Notes under the pieces: model-generated
The model's database searches: none
What the model was told of the DNA's origin: nothing
What the model saw: the letters and a program-made list of their open reading frames with translations, nothing else
DNA from: Phoronis australis
Lineage: Eukaryota; Animalia; Phoronida
Reading direction: 5' to 3'
Assembly: GCA_002633005.1 (NCBI GenBank)
Contig: NMRA01000561.1
Span: 1 to 59,153 of the forward strand
Length of the DNA: 59,153 nt
Shown here: one piece after another, positions 1 through 12,221 of the stretch
Numbering within the stretch: the stretch's first letter is position 1
Layout of the letters: the number at the start of each line of letters is the position of its first letter
Program-made: the position numbers and the translations under genes

Positions 1-72
1 CATGTCACATCAAAAAACCGGCTTAAACGGCGTTAAGAGGTTTTTTTCTTCTATAACTCGGACCATAGGCCT

Positions 73-710
73 TTAAAGGAGAAAGAAACTTTTTTTGATG
101 TCATTTTAAGTAAAACATACTGTCCGTTGGTTATCCCAGACATATTTTCCATTTAATTACGGCTTCTCGTAATTTAATTAATTAATCATGCCCTATTGCA
201 GAAGTGACGCTTAGGGGATTTCCGCCATTTTTCTGCGTTCGAGTTAAGTGTGGGGAACAATTCTACTGTTGTTTTCGTGCTGGTTTGTTAAAATTTCCAC
301 GACTGTGATGAAGCTAAACCAATTTCGACGCTAGCCGTCTACTATTTCGAAAACTACTGTACGTGAAAGTATGAAAGAGACTGCAAAATTCAACAACCTG
401 AATTGAATATTCTCATGCACAGATCAAACAAAAATAGTTGTACGTTACACCTATATTATCAAGATGGCTCGAGTCAATAACGAAACTTACAAATATTGAC
501 AAACTAGCTTACAAAAACCATTGTAGAGCTTTCTTGATAACGTGACAGTTTCCATGTGCTTTGTGGAGTTTCAAAATAGAAGTTTCGCCTTATACCAGCA
601 AAGGGCGATAAACTTAATGCACAACCTGGTGGCTGACGATATTTATCTACCAGAGGTTCTGCATCACACATTTTCTGAGACTGACTGCATCAAACACAAA
701 ATCACCAGAC
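73..710 (+). mobile_element. Dispersed repeat, Kolobok-like non-autonomous element end (copy 1)
   Basis: Starts TTAA-AGGAGAAAGAAAC. Segment ~260-705 is clearly homologous to ~42170-42608, whose region ends in GTTGCTTTCACCT-TTAA (~43425), the near reverse complement of this terminus. Confidence 0.55.
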
Positions 711-1070
711 TGTGTGAAATTTTGGGGTCCAACGGAGCTCAATGCACAGTGGTGCCAAGTTGTATTTTGACAGTAATCTTCATGCAGCTAGTTGGCTGGC
801 TACATGATCTACGGTGCGCACTGTTACGATGGAGACACATACGGTGAAAGCCAAATTCGTGTGTCGATGATATCACATACTTCGATTGGTGCGAGTGTCA
901 TATCAAGTTTTTTTTGGCGCTAAATGGGGTTCTTGATGGGGCTGCTATATTGTAAAAGGCCACCTAAATAAACGACTGGGATATGGTGTGACACCGTATG
1001 TTGATGTTTTTCATCAATACATGAAAATATATTTTAAACATAAACTAGTCATTTTGGCACCATAGCAGGC

Positions 1071-1629
1071 CTATAAAGTAGCCGGCTGTCTTGACCAGAG
1101 CACGCCAACTAGCCGGATTGCTAGACTAACCGAGTTACCGACCCCCATAGCTTCACCGACAAGGGTGTAGCGAGAGCCTGAGGCGAGGAATCGTACAAGT
1201 GTAAGAAGGAGTTTATACAATGGAGGTGGAGACGTGTTGCTATGGTTGAGGTTGAGGTTGAGTAAATTCAAACTAAAATCTATTGTATTAGGGAGGAAGC
1301 GGTATCTTCGAAAAAACTCTTCGCTTCTCAGGGTCTCCCGGGGTTTTGGCGATCCTACAGAGGTCTTCTTATCCTGACCACAGCTCCCCTCCTCTCGCCC
1401 TGTGTTTCTTATGCATTACCTCATTTCAGTCATTTTTTCGAGTGCGATTTTGAGTACGCTAGCTTAGCAAACTCGAAATTTGGAGTTTTTCCTTAAAACG
1501 TCGAGTCAAAAAATTTTCGAGTTTGACATTAGGCATGCCTATTTCAAGTTTGTACTCGAGTCGAGTAGAAAATGAGATTTCAAGTCTTGAGTTCGAGTTC
1601 GAGTTGAATCTGACATTAGCGACGGGGCC
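1071..1629 (-). pseudogene. PIF/Harbinger (HARBI1-like) transposase N-terminal relic with one terminus
   Basis: Minus-strand fragments 'EEFFRRYRF' and 'KLLLTLVRFLASGSRYTLVGEAMGVGNSVSLAI' match the HARBI1-type N-terminal HTH region. Candidate terminus GGCCCCGTCGCTAATGTC at 1629-1612. Frameshifted and truncated. Confidence 0.7.
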
Positions 1630-2305
1630 AAGGTATAGTTGTGATAAGTGGTACCAATGAGATAAATATAGCCAGCTTATTGGGTGGTACGAGGACGTGC
1701 GTTTACATTACATGATAATTTTTATTGAAAATCTCGATGACCATGATTGGCCACAAACAATGCTGTTTTAAATGTCAAAACCGACCCATCTTTGCTACAG
1801 TTACGAATGACGTGTTAAGCAGGTTTAAACAATTTATACTATATTTGAAAAATAACATCGAGCCCGATAATACTTATAAGTCACTTCAACGAATAAACAT
1901 CGTCTTCGTTTCAAAAAGGGGATAAAACAGGCCATAGTTACCATTAAGTGTAATTAAGTTTATCTACTTCTGAAAAAACGAAAAAAACTGTAAGGCAAAT
2001 TGTTAGCCTCATGATGAGTTGTTGTTCGGAAATCTTTAAGTTAGGAGTAACGAGACAATGACGTTGATCTACAGCTGGAGATTAAATCAGAGGCATAGTA
2101 GTCTATTATCTACTCACTATTTGTGTATCTGTCAAAGGAAAAGTAACAAATCTGAGCTGACAAAATACGTACCTCTTTACTCTTAACAAAAAGCAATATA
2201 TATATATATTATATCAACTACCATCTGATGAAAGACACTTGTGTAGACACTACGAAAGTTTGTTGTACAAACTAATTAAAGCAAAGAACAGCTTACTTTT
2301 CAACG

Positions 2306-2309
<4 letters not shown>

Positions 2310-2344
<35 letters not shown>
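2310..2344. repeat. (TA)n microsatellite
   Basis: Direct reading of the sequence. Confidence 0.95.
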
Positions 2345-2347
<3 letters not shown>

Positions 2348-3887
2348 TAGAATTCGGGTTTCAAATTTTGTCGTAGATTTTGTATCACAAAACGCCTTAG
2401 AGGTAAAGACATTATTCTTATTTCACAGATTATAGTCCAAGGTCAACTTTTAAGCGCTAGCATGCACACAAAACCACCCCATACCCAATTTTATGGCAAG
2501 AACAGGCGTAAAGCTGTGGAACCCTAAAATTTCTCATAGCACGGTTTTGGACTTGTCACAGCATTTCATATCTTCAAATCACAAGTGGCAGCCCCATTCT
2601 TCATAACAGGAAGAACCTTACTGTACCCGTTAAATGACTATGATTTCAGATATGCCGTATTACTTGTTTCAGATTTAATCATACATAGGCATCGTGCATG
2701 GGTACCGTACCACATACCTTACCTAAATCTTGTCCTACATTGATGCTATCATGTATTCTAATAAACAAAACGTGTTGAACCACGATTGCTGGTTTAATTC
2801 TGTTCGCTGAGACACCAACTAAAACAACAACAGCAACAAAGAACACCAATGTGCGTGACAAAGCGCTACTGTTGAAAGTATTTTTGTCGATGAAACGTTT
2901 AGCACATTTACCTTATTCGAATAGGACAGTCTGACCTGAAAAGCCTAGTACGTGGTGACTTTAAAGTGATTGATTCAAAGCTGTTTACATGTAGTTAATA
3001 TGTATACACTTGTGTTGACTTAATAAAGTTTACTTACAAACCACATATCTTTTTATATTATACCCCATATTTGTCTAAAGTTCGTTTAAAAAACGCTCCC
3101 ACCTCCCCAAAAAATATTTAGAACACAAATTTTCAACTTCGGCTATCTTCGGAAAAACGTCACAACAGGTACCGAAAAGGGACGTGACCCAATCATTGCC
3201 AAGTCTGTCCACAGTGTCCATTGCTGTGTGCCAAGAGGAGTAATTTTGTTTTGTCAAATTTAGACGGATTTTTAGATTTAAACTGGAGTATATATTTAAA
3301 GAAGAATGCCTGAACGCTGTGTATTTTGAGGCTCTGAAAATTTCGCCAATAGCAGGGGTATCTTTGTACACTTTTCCCACTGATCCAAGACTGTGTCGCA
3401 AGTGAGAAGACTGCGAAGTCCACGAGTGGAGCGTCGCCGTATTCGGTAGTATGTAGCGAACACATTCCCATGGACTGCTTCGAGAACGTCAGCCTGCGAT
3501 CCGAGTAAACAGGGATGAGTGAACTTTTAGACAGTGTTCAAAACGGTACATGCCGTCGCTTTCCAGAAGCTAGTTGGCCTTGAGCTAGTATTGAACCTAA
3601 CATTCAAAATGGCAGATTGCATCGATGGACACTGTCGGACAGGATTAGTGCTAGAAGTAGCCAGTAGATTGCTTTTGTTTTGAATTACAGTTTTTGCAAC
3701 ATACCCGTAAGTTTTTGTAGATGGATGTGCTGAATGGCTTGATGCTCATTACCTGTCGTTGCAATCCATTGAATTTTAGCCTAGTCGATCGCTAGCTGGA
3801 CTAAATGAACAGTAAGAGTAGGCTGTCCAACCGATTTTTGTCGATTTGCAAAAATACTTCAATATAATCCGGGGGATAGTTTTTACT

Positions 3888-4188
3888 TAAAGTGTCAAAA
3901 TTGAGAGTACTTCAACCGGGTCATCCGGACATACCTTATAAAACCTTACGTTGCGGGGAGCTGTGTTCAATCAATCAGTCTGGTGGGACTATATTAAATC
4001 TGTCCAAGTCCTGGCAATGTGCTCTAAGTTTGGTTTACTACTACAGAGGGCATTCCAATACAATCAAACAGCCTAGGCTGGAAGACCAGTCACTTGAAAT
4101 CTCTCTGTAGGAGGGAACAGCTGTGATCCCCACAATGTAAAGTTTTATAAGGTATGTCCAGTTGAAGTACTCATACTTTGACACTTTA
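3888..4188. mobile_element. MITE-like element with ~75-80 bp imperfect terminal inverted repeats
   Basis: TAAAGTGTCAAA-ATTGAGAGTACTTCAAC...GGACATACCTTATAAAAC at the left end is mirrored by GTTTTATAAGGTATGTCC-AGTTGAAGTACTC-ATACTTTGACACTTTA at the right end. Confidence 0.75.
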
Positions 4189-5151
4189 TTGACTTACATT
4201 TTTGTTTATACCATGAAAATCATTTTTTTGCCATTGTCTCCATTCATTTAAAATTGATGTATCATTTGTTGATCATCTCCTTTTCTTGCAGGTATTTCAC
4301 CTGATATTGACAATCTTTCAGTTTTTACTTCTAAAGATTTTCTGTTTAAAATGTTTGCAATTTCTGTCCTTATTGACAATGCTCTCTCACTTTGACAGTT
4401 ATACTGTATACACACTTATTGAGGTTTTACTAATTTCTTGAAGTGAATATCTCTGGTGACTGATGACTAATTCTAACTAATTTAAATCTTCTTGTTTGAA
4501 GGGCGAGTCGGAGAATCTACAGCCACCACCATCAGGGACGCACCCAGGTCCTTTGAAGCATGAACATGATGTAACATTATTTTATACTATTTACGCCTGT
4601 TGCAGTTGAAGTGATTGAACAACAGACAAATTGAGCAATTTTGTACAAAAGCTTGAAGCAGCATTAATTACACAACCTGCCATTTGTTGTTCATAAAGTA
4701 TGAAATTACTTCGAAATGCGTCTAGCTGATTGGTAAATAAAGTCTAAATAATCTCACCTTAAAAAAATGCTGACAAAGCTTGTTGAACGTTGCTGGATAT
4801 CGGCATGAATCCAGAGAAAAACAAGCAAAAATAATGAGACATCCCTAAGTATGTGAAAATTGTAATTGTACTGAAAATTGCGCCTCAGAATTTCTCCATT
4901 TCTTGACAAACTACTGTTTAAATTAAAATGGTAGAGAGTCAGTTATTGTGCTATCATTCTTATTACCCTGCATGTTTTTCCTCACGTACTTTTTTCAGAA
5001 AGAAGCTGTCCAGCGAGAATGCAAGGACTAGGTCAACTCATACTTAAACTGATGACCAAGAAGCCACTGAAGAGCAGGACACCAAAGACCACCAGTATAC
5101 ACGTCAATAGGCCACCATGCCATACCTGTGGGCAGCTTCATGGCAATGATC

Positions 5152-5275
5152 TTACAGGAATATTGGCCCACATGAAGTCGGCTCACTACGTATGTCTCTT
5201 AAGCTACCCTATTACAGGAATATTGGCCCACATGAAGTCGGCTCACTACGTAAGTCTCTTAAGCTATCCTATTAC
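5152..5275. repeat. 60-bp tandem duplication (2 copies)
   Basis: TTACAGGAATATTGGCCCACATGAAGTCGGCTCACTACGTA(T/A)GTCTCTTAAGCTA(C/T)CCTA is repeated twice. Confidence 0.95.
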
Positions 5276-5787
5276 TATATAACATTAAGCATAGAGGTTA
5301 GATGCATGTTGCTATATTCGGCACATTTGAGAAACGAAGTTTTAGAAAACATCACATTATTGCACAAATAGGCGCATCTGCTTTTTCTGGGATTTCATGA
5401 TAAAAACATATAAATTACACACTAAGCTCTCAATGACACCAGTACTTTAATTTTTCCAAGTAGTTTTGATCAAAAAGTAGCAAGATTTACTAATCCTGGA
5501 AGTATCAAGCAACAATCACTTTATGATAGTATCATATAGACACTGATGTTGAAGAATAATCAAATGATCATATAAACAGAAAATTCAGGTGCCTCAACGG
5601 GAATTCTAACCACAGATCAACAAATTACTGGATCACCTGACAGGCAATCTGGTAACGCATGATTCTATTCTCAGTTTAGGTACCTGATTTTTCTGTGTAT
5701 TACATCATTTGATTATCCCTGTTTGATATACATTAAATTTCCATACTTTTGTTTACAGCATGATTGGAAAGCAGCTGAGGAAGCGGT

Positions 5788-6006
5788 TATTACTGGGTTG
5801 TTAGTTTCTTTTTCTTTTATTACTGGGGTGTTAGTTTCTTTTTCTTTTATTACTGGGGTGTTTGTTTCTTTTTCTTTTATTATTGGGGTGTTAGTTTCTT
5901 TTTCTTTTATTACTGGGCTGTTAGTTTCTTATGGGGGTGGGGGTGCAAATGTGATTATCAGTGACGGTGATGATGATGATGGTGATGATGATGATGATGA
6001 TGATGA
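5788..6006. repeat. 30-bp minisatellite (~4.7 copies) followed by (GAT)n tract
   Basis: Unit TACTGGG(G/T)TGTTAGTTTCTTTTTCTTTTAT over ~5788-5930; (GAT)n over ~5968-6006. Confidence 0.95.
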
Positions 6007-6049
6007 ATGATGTCACTAGAAAACACTACACTTTTATTACTTCTCTTTT

Positions 6050-9000
6050 AAGTAGACGAGAAATTGGTGCATATAAATTTCCACTCGTGGTTGATTCTGC
6101 AAGACCATTGTAACCATGCTCTGTAAGTTCTCTTGAAAGCATTTCTAATGCTGAGCAGTCAACCTCAATGCCCTCTGAAAATAAGATTATAGATGCTCTT
6201 CAGCTATTAGAAAGAACTAATTTAAATGCAGTGAAGTTACCATATGGTGAAGTATTTTCAAAATTTGCTTGAGACAAAAAAGATTTCACATAATGTAAAC
6301 AACATCTCTGATCAGTCCAAAGTGTGCAGACTTATTTTGATTAACTGGCTTATGACCAAAGAGATTTGTCTTGTCAATTTGTTATTAAAAAGCAGACTTA
6401 CGCTACATAAGACTGCATGTACACGTACACGTACACGTACGCGTACAAACAAAATTGACAGTAACGGTGGGAATGCTACGCCTTTGAAAGATAATGCCCA
6501 CGGGCATTCGAACATAAAATCAAGTATGTGTAGTGAAAAGGGCTGCAACACTAGTAAAGATAGTTGTAATAACTCTGATAAAAACAATAACAATGGTAAT
6601 AATAATAGTAGTAATAATGACATTAATAATAATAACAACAACAATAACCACTGTAGTATTTATGACAACGGGCCGAGTAGTAATTTGAAAATAACAAATG
6701 CTGCTAAATGTGACAGTGTTAGTAATTTCATTAATAGTTCTTTAGATTTCAAGAATATTTCTCATCTTATTTGGTGCACACCAAAAGTTTATGTTGACAA
6801 AAACTCATACAGATTATCCTGTCACACCAACAGTGGTAAAAAATCAATAAAGCGACTTGGCTTCCTTGGAGCCCGCACTGATGATCTTAAGTCAGCAGTT
6901 CAACTCATACAAAATTACCTTAATAGCCAAGAATTTGTTCAGTAGATTGATAGCAGTTCTAAAAAAGCTCCATTGAGACTCCTAAATTTTGTTCCAAATT
7001 AGCAACATTTATCAGACATATTACTGCAGGCACCAACTATATCGGAAATGGATTTAGTTGGTGCCAGTAAACTGGAATAGGGTAAAAAAGCAATTTTCAA
7101 GCAAATTAAAGTTACCTTTTAGTTTAAAACTGGGAAATCGTGCTTTAAAGTATTCATTTTCTCTGAGAACGTTCTTAGGGATCAAATTTTTGAAGATATT
7201 CAAGCTTATTTAAATAGTCCTGATTGCAGAAAATGGGTAGTTGCCTGGGGTCACATAGGTCAAGTCCGTGTTGGCCCTGATACCTTAGGTTATGTTGAAG
7301 AAGATTTCGCTATTTGGAGCGCAAGAATACTTTGTTAAATATCATAAAAATACTCCATAGGTTTCAGTTAATGAACACGAAAACTAGGGCAGGACAAACC
7401 GTCTTGACCAAACAATTATATATACTGGTGATCAAGAAAAAAATATAGCAATTTGGAATTTATGGTGTGGATGTGCAACTTCTCAATGTCGTAGTGATTG
7501 TGGTGACCTCCTTAGTACTCTTCGAAGTTCACTGAATAGTGCTCAACAATGTTCCAATTGCAAATGTAGCTTGATTAGTGATACATTGTGTGATGTGTGT
7601 TGGCGCAAATACTCTAGTGATTGGTACAATGATGACAAAACTAGATGTCGATCATGCTATAGCTACAAGCAAGTACACGAATGTGATAGGACAATTTTTG
7701 ACAATTCATAATCATCTAAGATGCAAGTGGGAAATTAAACTTGTCCTTAATAGCAAAACTATTGACATGTGTGATGTTTATAAATCATCATCTAATTCAT
7801 TTTACCACACTACTCAACCTGTGGAGGAAAAATGCAAGCCTTCTCTGAGCACAAAAACATCATGGAAACGAATCAGAGCAGAGACTAAGTTATCAGCCCA
7901 GGTCATTCAGTCAACCGAACTCAGGTCACACTCTGTTAATTTTGGATCTGAGGGAAAGTGCAAAACATACCACCTACTTGGTCAAATTCATAACCAAACA
8001 AGAACTGTGGACAAGCATCAGATTTCATTACCTATGGCCAAAAGGGACAAAATTGAAATAAAATCAGATTGGATGAGATACCGAAAAAATAATTGAGGGC
8101 AATTATGAGTCTGTTTTGCTCTTTCAGCGGGGCAATGAAGACGTGGATAGGAATTACCATATTGTCTTGGCAGGGGATAAGAATTTGGAATGTGTAAGGA
8201 AATTTGGGTCTGTTGTATGTGGTCTTGATGTAGAACATGACTTATGTCAGTGTGATTCAAAACTGCCCTTCTGACTTATTGCGATGCCGGCAGTAAGGGT
8301 AGGGTTGGGGTAGTATCTATCTGTAACATGGGAACCAGTGATTCTCTGCTACTCACATTACAGATAATGGCTGCTAATGTTCCGTGCTCTTGTGTATTAC
8401 GTTATCACCCCAGACAATTGCATGTTTTGATGACGGGAATGGATTCTTTTGGACACGTACGTGTTCTTCTTCAGAACTTTTTCGACCGATAACTCAGCAC
8501 GACAAAGCCAGAAATATTTAAATGCTCTGTGTAATTATCATGTGCTTAATGCTTTTCGGGAATTCGTCAAAACTGACAACAATCTCAAAATATTCATTAG
8601 ACCTTTAGAAACAGGGTTTAAGACAGTCCTTAGAACATGGAATCAAGATATGCATAACTTTTTGGCTGCATCTTTCAAAAACTATATTCAAAATGTAATA
8701 ACCACTGAGGTAATTCCACAAATTGTTAAAGATAATTTTTGTAAATATTTAGATGAACGATGGTTCGATTGTGACTAGTACTTACACATCTTCAGTTTTG
8801 TATTCAGGGAGATGAGGAAAAAAGGAATCCGCTTATTTTTACCGACAATATTACTGAAAGAAAATTTAAAGAAATTCAGGAATCTGACCTTCAGGGAAAA
8901 TGCAATAGAAAAATGAGTCAAATTGTAAATAAGTTTTTGTCTTGGCTTCTCACTCGTGAACCAATTCATACATTTGAATCCAAATAGAAAACCAAAAATA

Positions 9001-10759
9001 ACAAAGAATACAAATATGAGTTCAATTTCTCGATCTTTTGTCGATATAAGTAGTCTAAACCCTGTTTCTGATGGTTGGTTTTTAGTTGCTTCCAACACTT
9101 CTACTAGTCAAAAAAGTCAATTGATATTTCAAATTGTGTCCTTTCAAATGACACCTGTGGTGATGATGATTTGAATAACATTTTGGATGACATTGATATT
9201 TCATACACTTCAAACAAATATGTCTTAACTAAATTTGACTCGTTAAATTCTCACAGTAGTGTTATTGAACACCCTTACTCTGTCCATGGTGGTGTGTCTC
9301 GCATTCAGTTAAATCTTATTCAAGATTTTTTCATAATTAACCGTAATAAAACAAAAGAATTCATTCCCCAACACTGTCAACATCAGTTGGGGGGAGTTGA
9401 ACTTATCTGCAATATCGCTCTGTGTACTTGCACATGCGCAGCATTTATAACCTCTGGACAACCTTAATTTTGAAAACATTTACTTGCCGTTCTAGGCTCA
9501 AAATTCCAAGAAAGAGACCCCAGGAAACTTTTTAAATTACATATGGACACAGTACCAACAATTCCTGACTACCTAAGTCAATATGCTATAATACAGCCCA
9601 GTGGTGAGACTAATGTCTTTAATTATGTGGATGCATATTTGTCCTTCTCACACCCTATTACAACTGAAGAAACAGAAAACTTGAGTGAAAGTGGAACCCT
9701 CCTCGACGTTTTACATTCTGCCTATATATGTAGCAATGCTAGCTGTAGTCACCCAGCTTTAGCAGCTCCACATAGACTTGGTTTTAGACGAAAGGGTGGA
9801 CCTCTTGAAGAGATGAAACCTCTTATTGAGCAAATAGATGATTATTTTGATCCTTATCGCCCAAAAGTTCCAAAATATGACAAATCTAATGAGGCTCGTT
9901 GTGGGAGATACATGATCAGGCCAGTTAAACGAAAAAAATTAACAGAAGTTTTAGAATCAGGAATTAAATTGTTTGGAAACACCGTACTTAAATCAAAAAA
10001 AAAAAAAAAACAAAAAACAAGAAAACAGACAGTGATTGTACCACTTCTTTTCCAATGAAAATTTTGATGTAGATGAGTCTGAAACTGAATCAACTTCAAG
10101 TAGTCACCACACAACTGTCAAAAAGCAAAATCTTAAAAAGAAAGGTACACAAATTAATGAACCAAATCACATGACAGCTGGGGTACATATATGTGATATT
10201 TGTATTTTGGAAGGAGTTGCTAAACCATTTTATTTCATAGATGATTCATCGCTAGATCCACACATTCAGCAAAAACATAGAAAAAGAAGGTGGGGAATAT
10301 GTTACAACGAAGGACTTAATTTTACTTTTAAAGGTTATCGGCAATTTAGCAGGCATCTCCAAGAGCATCAAAAGGTGTCGTCAACTTTTACTGAAAAAGA
10401 TGCTTGCCTTTAGAAATTGGAAATGTTATCAAAAGAAAAGTTGTTAGATTCCAAAACAGTGGTTTGGCTAACATAGCTAAAGAAAAACTAAACAAAAATC
10501 GAAGTCTGAATTCAAGAACTCTGCTTTTAAAAAGACAACTCAATATTTCTTCAGTGAGTTCTGTCCCATGTGTAATACTTCATGTTTGGATGTAAATAAA
10601 TCAGAAGATGTTTCACCATCTATTTGCTGCAACACCTGTGACAAATGGTATTACTTCATCTGTGTCAATTTGCTAAAAGAAAATGCACCACCTGGAAATG
10701 TTCCATGGCATTGTTTCAGTTGTGATGATATTGCTTGTCCCACAAGTCCAGAAAATTAG
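6050..10759 (+). pseudogene. Decayed MULE/Mutator-like transposase with SWIM, two C2H2 fingers and a C-terminal PHD finger
   Basis: Broken reading frames give 'IVLAGDKNLECVRKFGSVVCGLDVEHDL' (~8161-8245, first catalytic D region), 'ALCNYHVLNAFREF' (CxxH), 'FCKYLDERWF', and 'TDNITERKFKEIQ' (~8841, TNNxxE-like motif). These are followed by SWIM 'CTCTCAAFITSGQP*F*KHLLAV', C2H2-like 'CDIC...HIQQKH' and 'HLQEH', and PHD 'ICCNTCDKWYYFICVNL...WHCFSC'. Many stops and frameshifts; the 5' boundary is approximate. Confidence 0.7.
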
Positions 10760-12049
10760 CGTGTGTAGATCCAAGCTGTATTTTCTACCCACGCCATGTG
10801 TGGATGGGGTGATGCAGTAGGTGTATTTGTGCTTTCTGGTTACTCTGTTTTTCATGTTCTTGTGCACTAAGGCCTACTTACTGCAACTATCTTGTACTGT
10901 GGAGTTTGGGTATAGGTATACTTATGACACTCTTGATTTTTTAATTCACCCACATACATATATGTTTGGGTGTATATTGTAGTCATCTCTGTCCAGCGTC
11001 ACACGCCCACTGCTGTATCTCCTGAATTGACAAGTTTTGGATCGATGTGATTACTGATACTACCCCTAGTGGTAAATTCATTTTTTCACATTTGCGGATT
11101 GTGACGGAATTCAGCAAATAGATATCTACTAAGGAGACCATGACATTATCTCAAGTTTGGGCAAATTTTGTGTCTCCTTGAGGTCATTTTCATTATATTT
11201 GAGTTTAGTTTGCGTCTCACTCAACTGAACCAGTGGTGTAGACTCTATTCACGCGGCGGACATTAAAATCCAAAGCGAGGCTCACTGCGATAAACAAAGC
11301 GGAAATTTACATTGCGTGAGTTAAATGGCCGGTCTTTGGAGTCCATCCTGAATATTAAATCTTAAAAAATGTGTCAATAATTAACCACAGAGACGTAGAA
11401 AAATACAGTTAAAGAACAAGTCAATGCACCAAAGAGTTGTCTGACGAAAGGATATAGGTTTTTTCCGGAAAACTAGGTTCGAAACATGAAAAGAAAACAT
11501 GACCAAATTGCGGCGATCGTAGTGTTACGGATTAGGCATCTTGCTGAATGCAGGGTTACGTTTCTTCTAATAAATTCTTGATAAAAATGCTTTCTACACA
11601 AACCAGGTCATCTGGTCGTATTGTTGACGAGTTGAAGATATATTCGACAGTGGTGGCTCATAGCATTTTGCTGTCATGTGCAATTAGTCTCATTTGGTTT
11701 AATTTGTTGATCAAGAGTAGGCCTATTAGCTTCAAGCATAGCCTAAGACCTGGTGAGGTAGGCAGTAGCGGCCGGGAGTAACAGTTGATTTGTCACTGAT
11801 CTGAAATAATACTTGATATTATTAAATATATAATTTGATCACGATAAAAAACTAGGCTCGCAATTGAAAATAAAAATTATATGACCATCAATTCTACTTT
11901 CTTGGTTTTAATAATTACGTCTATTTCATGTGTTATATTTTTCAAATATCAATCACGACCAAGTTGAATTTTAAAATTAAAACACCTAATTCTTACGTCC
12001 AAAGCATAACCTCGTTTTAGAGCTCAATTTCAGTTAACTGGACAGAACA

Positions 12050-12221
12050 CAGTGGCGGATTTAGAGGGGAGCCAAGGGGCTATGCCGCAGCACTCCCACC
12101 CCCTAAAATTCTCCCAGATTCCGGCATTTGGCACTTCAGGAGCGCGAATTTCTGACGGGCAAAATCCTGGCTAGTACTCTGCCTTGCCCCCCACCCTAAC
12201 TCAAAGTCCTGGATCCCCCTG
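12050..12221. mobile_element. Short hAT-like MITE with 5-bp TSD
   Basis: Termini CAGTGGCGGAT...GGATCCCCCTG, flanked by the exact direct repeat GAACA (12045-12049 and 12222-12226). Confidence 0.75.

Noticed and set aside
5723-6010. Repetitive hydrophobic and acidic ORF
   Set aside because: It is a translation of the 30-bp minisatellite and the (GAT)n tract.
6312-6644. Leucine-rich membrane or signal peptide ORF on the minus strand
   Set aside because: It is the antisense reading of (AAT/AAC)n and (ACACGT)n low-complexity tracts.
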